Shown here: positions 10,301-22,335 of the stretch, one piece after another
How positions within the stretch are numbered: position 1 is the first letter of the stretch
Layout of the letters: every line of letters starts with the position of its first letter
Notes under the pieces: model-generated
Databases searched by the model: none
Seen by the model: only the letters and a program-made list of their open reading frames with translations
What the model was told of the DNA's origin: nothing
Program-made: the position numbers and the translations under genes
Source of the DNA: the human T2T-CHM13v2.0 reference genome, Homo sapiens
NCBI RefSeq assembly: GCF_009914755.1
Contig: NC_060942.1
Strand: one strand, 5' to 3'
DNA length: 64,000 nucleotides

Positions 10301-13300
10301 AGAGTAGAACATTCCCTTTGGTAGAGCAGGTTTGAAACACTCTTTTTGTAGTATCTGGAAGTGGACATTTGGAGCGCTTTCAGGCCCATGTTGGAAAGGG
10401 AAATATCTTCCCGTAACAACTAGGCAGAAGCATTCTCAGAAACTTATTTGAGATGTGTGTACTCAACTAAGAGAATTGAACCACCGTTTTGAAGGAGCAG
10501 TTTTGAAACACTCTTTTTCTGGAATCTGCAAGAGTATATTTGCCTAGCCTTGAGGATTTCGTTGGAAACGGGATTGTCTTCAGAGAAAATCTAGACAGAA
10601 GCATTCTCAGAAACTTCTTTGGGATGTTTGCATTCAAGTCACAGAGTAGAACATTCCCTTTGGTAGAGCAGGTTTGAAACACTCTTTTTGTAGTATATGG
10701 AAGTGGACATTTGGATCGCTTTCAGGCCTACGTTGGAAAAGGAAATATCTTCCCATAACAACTAGACAGAAGCATTCTCAGAAACTAGTTTCTGATGTGT
10801 GTCCTCAACTAACACAGTTGAACATTTCTTTAGACAGAACAGTTTTGAAACACTCTTTTTGTGGAATCTGCAAGTGGCTATTTGGCTAGATTTGAGGATT
10901 TCGTTGGAAACGGGATTACATATAAAAAGCAGTCAGCAGCATTCTCAGAAAGTTCTTTGTGATGATTGCATTCAAGTCACAGAATTGAACATTCCCTTTC
11001 ACAGAGCAGGTTTGAAACACTCTTTTTGTAGTATATGGAAGTGGACATTTGGATCGCTTTCAGGCCTACGTTGGAAAAGGAAATATCTTCCCATAACAAC
11101 TAGACAGAAGCATTCTCAGAAACTAGTTTCTGATGTGTGTCCTCAACTAACACAGTTGAACATTTCTTTAGACAGAACAGTTTTGAAACACTCTTTTTGT
11201 GGAATCTGCAAGTGGCTATTTGGCTAGATTTGAGGATTTCGTTGGAAACGGGATTACATATAAAAAGCAGTCAGCAGCATTCTCAGAAAGTTCTTTGTGA
11301 TGATTGCATTCAAGTCACAGAATTGAACATTCCCTTTCACAGAGCAGGTTTGAAACACTCTTTTTGTAGTATATGGAAGTGGACATTTGGATCGCTTTCA
11401 GGCCTACGTTGGAAAAGGAAATATCTTCCCATAACAACTAGACAGAAGCATTCTCAGAAACTAGTTTCTGATGTGTGTCCTCAACTAACACAGTTGAACA
11501 TTTCTTTAGACAGAACAGTTTTGAAACACTCTTTTTGTGGAATCTGCAAGTGGCTATTTGGCTAGATTTGAGGATTTCGTTGGAAACGGGATTACATATA
11601 AAAAGCAGTCAGCAGCATTCTCAGAAAGTTCTTTGTGATGATTGCATTCAAGTCACAGAATTGAACATTCCCTTTCACAGAGCAGGTTTGAAACACTCTT
11701 TTTGTAGTGTGTGTAAGTGGACCTTTGGAGCACTTACCGGCCTAAGGTGAAAAAGGAAATATCTTCCCATAAAAACTAGACAGAAGCATTCTCAGAAACT
11801 TACTCGTGATGTGTGTCCTCAACTAAAGGAGTAGAACCTTTCTTTTCATAGAGAAGTTTTGAGACGCTCTTTTTGTGGAATCTGCAAGTGGATATTTGGC
11901 TAGTTTTGAGGATTTCGTTGGAAGCGGGAATTCATACAAATTGCAGACTGCAGCGTTCTGAGAAACATCTTTGTGATGTTTGTATTCAGGACACAGAGTT
12001 GAACATTCCCTATCATAGAGCAGGTTGGAATCACTCCTTTTGTAGTATCTGGAAGTGGACATTTGGAGCGCTTTCAGGCCTATGTTGGAAAAGGAAATAT
12101 CTTCCCATAACAACTAGACAGAAGCATTCTCAGAAACTTATTTGAGATGTGTGTACTCAACTAAGAGAATTGAACCACCGTTTTGAAGGAGCAGTTTTGA
12201 AACTCTCTTTTTCTGGAATCTGCAAGTGGATATTTGGCTAGCTTTGGGGATTTCGCTGGAAGAGGGAATACATATAAAAAGCACACAGCAGCGTTCTGAG
12301 AAACTGCTTTCTGATGTTTGCATTCAAGTCAAAATTTGAACACTCCCTTTCATAGAGCAGTCTTGAAACACCCCTTTTGTAGTATCTGGAACTGGACTTT
12401 TGGAGCGATTTCAGGGCTAAGGTGAAAAAGGAAATATCTTCCCATAAAAACTGGACAGAAGCATTCTCAGAAACTTGGTTATGCTGTATCTACTCAACTA
12501 ACAAAGTTGAACCTTTCTTTTGATAGAGCAGTTTTGAAATGGTCTTTTTGTGGAATCTGCAAGTGGATATTTGGCTAGTTTTGAGGATTTCGTTGGAAGC
12601 GGGAATTCATACAAATTGCAGACTGCAGCGTTCTGAGAAACATCTTTGTGATGTTTGTATTCAGGACACAGAGTTGAACATTCCCTATCATAGAGCAGGT
12701 TGGAATCACTCCTTTTGTAGTATCTGGAAGTGGACATTTGGAGCGCTTTCAGGCCTATTTTGGAAAGGGAAATATCTTCCCGTAACAACTATGCAGAAGC
12801 ATTCTCAGAAACTTGTTTGTGATGTGTGCCCTCTACTGACAGAGTTGAACCTTTCTTTTCATAGAGCAGTTTTGAAACACTCTTTTTGTAGAATCTGCAA
12901 GAGGATATTTGCATAGCTTTGAGGATTTCGTGGGAAACGGGATTGTCTTCAGGTAAAATCTAGACAGAAGCATTCTCAGAAACTTCTTTGGGATGTTTGC
13001 ATTCAAGTCACAGAGTAGAACATTCCCTTTGGTAGAGCAGGTTTGAAACACTCTTTTTGTAGTATCTGGAAGTGGACATTTGGAGCGCTTTCAGGCCCAT
13101 GTTGGAAAGGGAAATATCTTCCCGTAACAACTAGGCAGAAGCATTCTCAGAAACTTATTTGAGATGTGTGTACTCAACTAAGAGAATTGAACCACCGTTT
13201 TGAAGGAGCAGTTTTGAAACACTCTTTTTCTGGAATCTGCAAGAGTATATTTGCCTAGCCTTGAGGATTTCGTTGGAAACGGGATTGTCTTCAGAGAAAA

Positions 13301-14195
13301 TCTAGACAGAAGCATTCTCAGAAACTTCTTTGGGATGTTTGCATTCAAGTCACAGAGTAGAACATTCCCTTTGGTAGAGCAGGTTTGAAACACTCTTTTT
13401 TTAGTATATGGAAGTGGACATTTGGAGCGCTTTCAGGCCTACGTTGGAAAAGGAAATATCTTCCCATAACAACTAGACAGAAGCATTCTCAGAAACTAGT
13501 TTCTGATGTGTGTCCTCAACTAACACAGTTGAACATTTCTTTAGACAGAACAGTTTTGAAACACTCTTTTTGTGGAATCTGCAAGTGGCTATTTGGCTAG
13601 ATTTGAGGATTTCGTTGGAAACGGGATTACATATAAAAAGCAGTCAGCAGCATTCTCAGAAAGTTCTTTGTGATGATTGCATTCAAGTCACAGAATTGAA
13701 CATTCCCTTTCACAGAGCAGGTTTGAAACACTCTTTTTGTAGTATATGGAAGTGGACATTTGGATCGCTTTCAGGCCTACGTTGGAAAAGGAAATATCTT
13801 CCCATAACAACTAGACAGAAGCATTCTCAGAAACTAGTTTCTGATGTGTGTCCTCAACTAACACAGTTGAACATTTCTTTAGACAGAACAGTTTTGAAAC
13901 ACTCTTTTTGTGGAATCTGCAAGTGGCTATTTGGCTAGATTTGAGGATTTCGTTGGAAACGGGATTACATATAAAAAGCAGTCAGCAGCATTCTCAGAAA
14001 GTTCTTTGTGATGATTGCATTCAAGTCACAGAATTGAACATTCCCTTTCACAGAGCAGGTTTGAAACACTCTTTTTGTAGTGTGTGTAAGTGGACATTTG
14101 GAGCACTTACCGGCCTAAGGTGAAAAAGGAAATATCTTCCCATAAAAACTAGACAGAAGCATTCTCAGAAACTTACTCGTGATGTGTGTCCTCAA
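4366..14195 (+). repeat. Block of structural-variant HORs: 14-,14-,16-,14-mer (extra copies of the 338-bp dimer A)
   Basis: Unit starts at 4366, 6739, 9112, 11823 and 14196 give lengths 2373, 2373, 2711, 2373 = 2035 + 338n. Dimer-A boxes lie at 6153/6491, 8526/8864, 10899/11237/11575 and 13610/13948. Confidence 0.95.
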
Positions 14196-17100
14196 CTAAA
14201 GGAGTAGAACCTTTCTTTTCATAGAGAAGTTTTGAGACGCTCTTTTTGTGGAATCTGCAAGTGGATATTTGGCTAGTTTTGAGGATTTCGTTGGAAGCGG
14301 GAATTCATACAAATTGCAGACTGCAGCGTTCTGAGAAACATCTTTGTGATGTTTGTATTCAGGACACAGAGTTGAACATTCCCTATCATAGAGCAGGTTG
14401 GAATCACTCCTTTTGTAGTATCTGGAAGTGGACATTTGGAGCGCTTTCAGGCCTATGTTGGAAAAGGAAATATCTTCCCATAACAACTAGACAGAAGCAT
14501 TCTCAGAAACTTATTTGAGATGTGTGTACTCAACTAAGAGAATTGAACCACCGTTTTGAAGGAGCAGTTTTGAAACTCTCTTTTTCTGGAATCTGCAAGT
14601 GGATATTTGGCTAGCTTTGGGGATTTCGCTGGAAGCGGGAATACATATAAAAAGCACACAGCAGCGTTCTGAGAAACTGCTTTCTGATGTTTGCATTCAA
14701 GTCAAAAGTTGAACACTCCCTTTCATAGAGCAGTCTTGAAACACCCCTTTTGTAGTATCTGGAACTGGACTTTTGGAGCGATTTCAGGGCTAAGGTGAAA
14801 AAGGAAATATCTTCCCATAAAAACTGGACAGAAGCATTCTCAGAAACTTGTTTATGCTGTATCTACTCAACTAACAAAGTTGAACCTTTCTTTTGATAGA
14901 GCAGTTTTGAAATGGTCTTTTTGTGGAATCTGCAAGTGGATATTTGGCTAGTTTTGAGGATTTCGTTGGAAGCGGGAATTCATACAAATTGCAGACTGCA
15001 GCGTTCTGAGAAACATCTTTGTGATGTTTGTATTCAGGACACAGAGTTGAACATTCCCTATCATAGAGCAGGTTGGAATCACTCCTTTTGTAGTATCTGG
15101 AAGTGGACATTTGGAGCGCTTTCAGGCCTATTTTGGAAAGGGAAATATCTTCCCGTAACAACTATGCAGAAGCATTCTCAGAAACTTGTTTGTGATGTGT
15201 GCCCTCTACTGACAGAGTTGAACCTTTCTTTTCATAGAGCAGTTTTGAAACACTCTTTTTGTAGAATCTGCAAGAGGATATTTGCATAGCTTTGAGGATT
15301 TCGTGGGAAACGGGATTGTCTTCAGGTAAAATCTAGACAGAAGCATTCTCAGAAACTTCTTTGGGATGTTTGCATTCAAGTCACAGAGTAGAACATTCCC
15401 TTTGGTAGAGCAGGTTTGAAACACTCTTTTTGTAGTATCTGGAAGTGGACATTTGGAGCGCTTTCAGGCCCATGTTGGAAAGGGAAATATCTTCCCGTAA
15501 CAACTAGGCAGAAGCATTCTCAGAAACTTATTTGAGATGTGTGTACTCAACTAAGAGAATTGAACCACCGTTTTGAAGGAGCAGTTTTGAAACACTCTTT
15601 TTCTGGAATCTGCAAGAGTATATTTGCCTAGCCTTGAGGATTTCGTTGGAAACGGGATTGTCTTCAGAGAAAATCTAGACAGAAGCATTCTCAGAAACTT
15701 CTTTGGGATGTTTGCATTCAAGTCACAGAGTAGAACATTCCCTTTGGTAGAGCAGGTTTGAAACACTCTTTTTTTAGTATATGGAAGTGGACATTTGGAT
15801 CGCTTTCAGGCCTACGTTGGAAAAGGAAATATCTTCCCATAACAACTAGACAGAAGCATTCTCAGAAACTAGTTTCTGATGTGTGTCCTCAACTAACACA
15901 GTTGAACATTTCTTTAGACAGAACAGTTTTGAAACACTCTTTTTGTGGAATCTGCAAGTGGCTATTTGGCTAGATTTGAGGATTTCGTTGGAAACGGGAT
16001 TACATATAAAAAGCAGTCAGCAGCATTCTCAGAAAGTTCTTTGTGATGATTGCATTCAAGTCACAGAATTGAACATTCCCTTTCACAGAGCAGGTTTGAA
16101 ACACTCTTTTTGTAGTGTGTGTAAGTGGACATTTGGAGCACTTACCGGCCTAAGGTGAAAAAGGAAATATCTTCCCATAAAAACTAGACAGAAGCATTCT
16201 CAGAAACTTACTCGTGATGTGTGTCCTCAACTAAAGGAGTAGAACCTTTCTTTTCATAGAGAAGTTTTGAAACGCTCTTTTTGTGGAATCTGCAAGTGGA
16301 TATTTGGCTAGTTTTGAGGATTTCGTTGGAAGCGGGAATTCATACAAATTGCAGACTGCAGCGTTCTGAGAAACATCTTTGTGATGTTTGTATTCAGGAC
16401 ACAGAGTTGAACATTCCCTATCATAGAGCAGGTTTGAATCACTCCTTTTGTAGTATCTGGAAGTGGACATTTGGAGCGTTTTCAGGCCTATGTTGGAAAA
16501 GGAAATATCTTCCCATAACAACTAGACAGAAGCATTCTCAGAAACTTATTTGAGATGTGTGTACTCAACTAAGAGAATTGAACCACCGTTTTGAAGGAGC
16601 AGTTTTGAAACTCTCTTTTTCTGGAATCTGCAAGTGGATATTTGGCTAGCTTTGGGGATTTCGCTGGAAGCGGGAATACATATAAAAAGCACACAGCAGC
16701 GTTCTGAGAAACTGCTTTCTGATGTTTGCATTCAAGTCAAAAGTTGAACACTCCCTTTCATAGAGCAGTCTTGAAACACCCCTTTTGTAGTATCTGGAAC
16801 TGGACTTTTGGAGCGATTTCAGGGCTAAGGTGAAAAAGGAAATATCTTCCCATAAAAACTGGACAGAAGCATTCTCAGAAACTTGGTTATGCTGTATCTA
16901 CTCAACTAACAAAGTTGAACCTTTCTTTTGATAGAGCAGTTTTGAAATGGTCTTTTTGTGGAATCTGCAAGTGGATATTTGGCTAGTTTTGAGGATTTCG
17001 TTGGAAGCGGGAATTCATACAAATTGCAGACTGCAGCGTTCTGAGAAACATCTTTGTGATGTTTGTATTCAGGACACAGAGTTGAACATTCCCTATCATA

Positions 17101-20100
17101 GAGCAGGTTGGAATCACTCCTTTTGTAGTATCTGGAAGTGGACATTTGGAGCGCTTTCAGGCCTATTTTGGAAAGGGAAATATCTTCCCGTAACAACTAT
17201 GCAGAAGCATTCTCAGAAACTTGTTTGTGATGTGTGCCCTCTACTGACAGAGTTGAACCTTTCTTTTCATAGAGCAGTTTTGAAACACTCTTTTTGTAGA
17301 ATCTGCAAGAGGATATTTGCATAGCTTTGAGGATTTCGTGGGAAACGGGATTGTCTTCAGGTAAAATCTAGACAGAAGCATTCTCAGAAACTTCTTTGGG
17401 ATGTTTGCATTCAAGTCACAGAGTAGAACATTCCCTTTGGTAGAGCAGGTTTGAAACACTCTTTTTGTAGTATCTGGAAGTGGACATTTGGAGCGCTTTC
17501 AGGCCCATGTTGGAAAGGGAAATATCTTCCCGTAACAACTAGGCAGAAGCATTCTCAGAAACTTATTTGAGATGTGTGTACTCAACTAAGAGAATTGAAC
17601 CACCGTTTTGAAGGAGCAGTTTTGAAACACTCTTTTTCTGGAATCTGCAAGAGTATATTTGCCTAGCCTTGAGGATTTCGTTGGAAACGGGATTGTCTTC
17701 AGAGAAAATCTAGACAGAAGCATTCTCAGAAACTTCTTTGGGATGTTTGCATTCAAGTCACAGAGTAGAACATTCCCTTTGGTAGAGCAGGTTTGAAACA
17801 CTCTTTTTTTAGTATATGGAAGTGGACATTTGGATCGCTTTCAGGCCTACGTTGGAAAAGGAAATATCTTCCCATAACAACTAGACAGAAGCATTCTCAG
17901 AAACTAGTTTCTGATGTGTGTCCTCAACTAACACAGTTGAACATTTCTTTAGACAGAACAGTTTTGAAACACTCTTTTTGTGGAATCTGCAAGTGGCTAT
18001 TTGGCTAGATTTGAGGATTTCGTTGGAAACGGGATTACATATAAAAAGCAGTCAGCAGCATTCTCAGAAAGTTCTTTGTGATGATTGCATTCAAGTCACA
18101 GAATTGAACATTCCCTTTCACAGAGCAGGTTTGAAACACTCTTTTTGTAGTGTGTGTAAGTGGACATTTGGAGCACTTACCGGCCTAAGGTGAAAAAGGA
18201 AATATCTTCCCATAAAAACTAGACAGAAGCATTCTCAGAAACTTACTCGTGATGTGTGTCCTCAACTAAAGGAGTAGAACCTTTCTTTTCATAGAGAAGT
18301 TTTGAAACGCTCTTTTTGTGGAATCTGCAAGTGGATATTTGGCTAGTTTTGAGGATTTCGTTGGAAGCGGGAATTCATACAAATTGCAGACTGCAGCGTT
18401 CTGAGAAACATCTTTGTGATGTTTGTATTCAGGACACAGAGTTGAACATTCCCTATCATAGAGCAGGTTGGAATCACTCCTTTTGTAGTATCTGGAAGTG
18501 GACATTTGGAGCGCTTTCAGGCCTATGTTGGAAAAGGAAATATCTTCCCATAACAACTAGACAGAAGCATTCTCAGAAACTTATTTGAGATGTGTGTACT
18601 CAACTAAGAGAATTGAACCACCGTTTTGAAGGAGCAGTTTTGAAACTCTCTTTTTCTGGAATCTGCAAGTGGATATTTGGCTAGCTTTGGGGATTTCGCT
18701 GGAAGCGGGAATACATATAAAAAGCACACAGCAGCGTTCTGAGAAACTGCTTTCTGATGTTTGCATTCAAGTCAAAAGTTGAACACTCCCTTTCATAGAG
18801 CAGTCTTGAAACACCCCTTTTGTAGTATCTGGAACTGGACTTTTGGAGCGATTTCAGGGCTAAGGTGAAAAAGGAAATATCTTCCCATAAAAACTGGACA
18901 GAAGCATTCTCAGAAACTTGTTTATGCTGTATCTACTCAACTAACAAAGTTGAACCTTTCTTTTGATAGAGCAGTTTTGAAATGGTCTTTTTGTGGAATC
19001 TGCAAGTGGATATTTGGCTAGTTTTGAGGATTTCGTTGGAAGCGGGAATTCATACAAATTGCAGACTGCAGCGTTCTGAGAAACATCTTTGTGATGTTTG
19101 TATTCAGGACACAGAGTTGAACATTCCCTATCATAGAGCAGGTTGGAATCACTCCTTTTGTAGTATCTGGAAGTGGACATTTGGAGCGCTTTCAGGCCTA
19201 TTTTGGAAAGGGAAATATCTTCCCGTAACAACTATGCAGAAGCATTCTCAGAAACTTGTTTGTGATGTGTGCCCTCTACTGACAGAGTTGAACCTTTCTT
19301 TTCATAGAGCAGTTTTGAAACACTCTTTTTGTAGAATCTGCAAGAGGATATTTGCATAGCTTTGAGGATTTCGTGGGAAACGGGATTGTCTTCAGGTAAA
19401 ATCTAGACAGAAGCATTCTCAGAAACTTCTTTGGGATGTTTGCATTCAAGTCACAGAGTAGAACATTCCCTTTGGTAGAGCAGGTTTGAAACACTCTTTT
19501 TGTAGTATCTGGAAGTGGACATTTGGAGCGCTTTCAGGCCCATGTTGGAAAGGGAAATATCTTCCCGTAACAACTAGGCAGAAGCATTCTCAGAAACTTA
19601 TTTGAGATGTGTGTACTCAACTAAGAGAATTGAACCACCGTTTTGAAGGAGCAGTTTTGAAACACTCTTTTTCTGGAATCTGCAAGAGTATATTTGCCTA
19701 GCCTTGAGGATTTCGTTGGAAACGGGATTGTCTTCAGAGAAAATCTAGACAGAAGCATTCTCAGAAACTTCTTTGGGATGTTTGCATTCAAGTCACAGAG
19801 TAGAACATTCCCTTTGGTAGAGCAGGTTTGAAACACTCTTTTTGTAGTATCTGGAAGTGGACATTTGGAGCGCTTTCAGGCCTACGTTGGAAAAGGAAAT
19901 ATCTTCCCATAACAACTAGACAGAAGCATTCTCAGAAACTAGTTTCTGATGTGTGTCCTCAACTAACACAGTTGAACATTTCTTTAGACAGAACAGTTTT
20001 GAAACACTCTTTTTGTGGAATCTGCAAGTGGCTATTTGGCTAGATTTGAGGATTTCGTTGGAAACGGGATTACATATAAAAAGCAGTCAGCAGCATTCTC

Positions 20101-22335
20101 AGAAAGTTCTTTGTGATGATTGCATTCAAGTCACAGAATTGAACATTCCCTTTCACAGAGCAGGTTTGAAACACTCTTTTTGTAGTGTGTGTAAGTGGAC
20201 ATTTGGAGCACTTACCGGCCTAAGGTGAAAAAGGAAATATCTTCCCATAAAAACTAGACAGAAGCATTCTCAGAAACTTACTCGTGATGTGTGTCCTCAA
20301 CTAAAGGAGTAGAACCTTTCTTTTCATAGAGAAGTTTTGAAACGCTCTTTTTGTGGAATCTGCAAGTGGATATTTGGCTAGTTTTGAGGATTTCGTTGGA
20401 AGCGGGAATTCATACAAATTGCAGACTGCAGCGTTCTGAGAAACATCTTTGTGATGTTTGTATTCAGGACACAGAGTTGAACATTCCCTATCATAGAGCA
20501 GGTTTGAATCACTCCTTTTGTAGTATCTGGAAGTGGACATTTGGAGCGCTTTCAGGCCTATGTTGGAAAAGGAAATATCTTCCCATAACAACTAGACAGA
20601 AGCATTCTCAGAAACTTATTTGAGATGTGTGTACTCAACTAAGAGAATTGAACCACCGTTTTGAAGGAGCAGTTTTGAAACTCTCTTTTTCTGGAATCTG
20701 CAAGTGGATATTTGGCTAGCTTTGGGGATTTCGCTGGAAGCGGGAATACATATAAAAAGCACACAGCAGCTTTCTGAGAAACTGCTTTCTGATGTTTGCA
20801 TTCAAGTCAAAAGTTGAACACTCCCTTTCATAGAGCAGTCTTGAAACACCCCTTTTGTAGTATCTGGACCTGGACTTTTGGAGCGATTTCAGGGCTAAGG
20901 TGAAAAAGGAAATATCTTCCCATAAAAACTGGACAGAAGCATTCTCAGAAACTTGGTTATGCTGTATCTACTCAACTAACAAAGTTGAACCTTTCTTTTG
21001 ATAGAGCAGTTTTGAAATGGTCTTTTTGTGGAATCTGCAAGTGGATATTTGGCTAGTTTTGAGGATTTCGTTGGAAGCGGGAATTCATACAAATTGCAGA
21101 CTGCAGCGTTCTGAGAAACATCTTTGTGATGTTTGTATTCAGGACACAGAGTTGAACATTCCCTATCATAGAGCAGGTTGGAATCACTCCTTTTGTAGTA
21201 TCTGGAAGTGGACATTTGGAGCGCTTTCAGGCCTATTTTGGAAAGGGAAATATCTTCCCGTAACAACTATGCAGAAGCATTCTCAGAAACTTGTTTGTGA
21301 TGTGTGCCCTCTACTGACAGAGTTGAACCTTTCTTTTCATAGAGCAGTTTTGAAACACTCTTTTTGTAGAATCTGCAAGAGGATATTTGCATAGCTTTGA
21401 GGATTTCGTGGGAAACGGGATTGTCTTCAGGTAAAATCTAGACAGAAGCATTCTCAGAAACTTCTTTGGGATGTTTGCATTCAAGTCACAGAGTAGAACA
21501 TTCCCTTTGGTAGAGCAGGTTTGAAACACTCTTTTTGTAGTATCTGGAAGTGGACATTTGGAGCGCTTTCAGGCCCATGTTGGAAAGGGAAATATCTTCC
21601 CGTAACAACTAGGCAGAAGCATTCTCAGAAACTTATTTGAGATGTGTGTACTCAACTAAGAGAATTGAACCACCGTTTTGAAGGAGCAGTTTTGAAACAC
21701 TCTTTTTCTGGAATCTGCAAGAGTATATTTGCCTAGCCTTGAGGATTTCGTTGGAAACGGGATTGTCTTCAGAGAAAATCTAGACAGAAGCATTCTCAGA
21801 AACTTCTTTGGGATGTTTGCATTCAAGTCACAGAGTAGAACATTCCCTTTGGTAGAGCAGGTTTGAAACACTCTTTTTTTAGTATATGGAAGTGGACATT
21901 TTGATCGCTTTCAGGCCTACGTTGGAAAAGGAAATATCTTCCCATAACAACTAGACAGAAGCATTCTCAGAAACTAGTTTCTGATGTGTGTCCTCAACTA
22001 ACACAGTTGAACATTTCTTTAGACAGAACAGTTTTGAAACACTCTTTTTGTGGAATCTGCAAGTGGCTATTTGGCTGGATTTGAGGATTTCGTTGGAAAC
22101 GGGATTACATATAAAAAGCAGTCAGCAGCATTCTCAGAAAGTTCTTTGTGATGATTGCATTCAAGTCACAGAATTGAACATTCCCTTTCACAGAGCAGGT
22201 TTGAAACACTCTTTTTGTAGTGTGTGTAAGTGGACATTTGGAGCACTTACCGGCCTAAGGTGAAAAAGGAAATATCTTCCCATAAAAACTAGACAGAAGC
22301 ATTCTCAGAAACTTACTCGTGATGTGTGTCCTCAA
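14196..22335 (+). repeat. Four canonical 12-mer HORs
   Basis: Marker positions 14196, 16231, 18266, 20301 and 22336 are each 2035 bp apart. Confidence 0.96.

Noticed and set aside
6053-13938. Longer 142-aa Cys/His-rich ORFs resembling a zinc-finger or fusion protein
   Set aside because: They result from the hybrid monomer of the 338-bp duplication removing a stop codon; there is no C2H2 spacing or linker.
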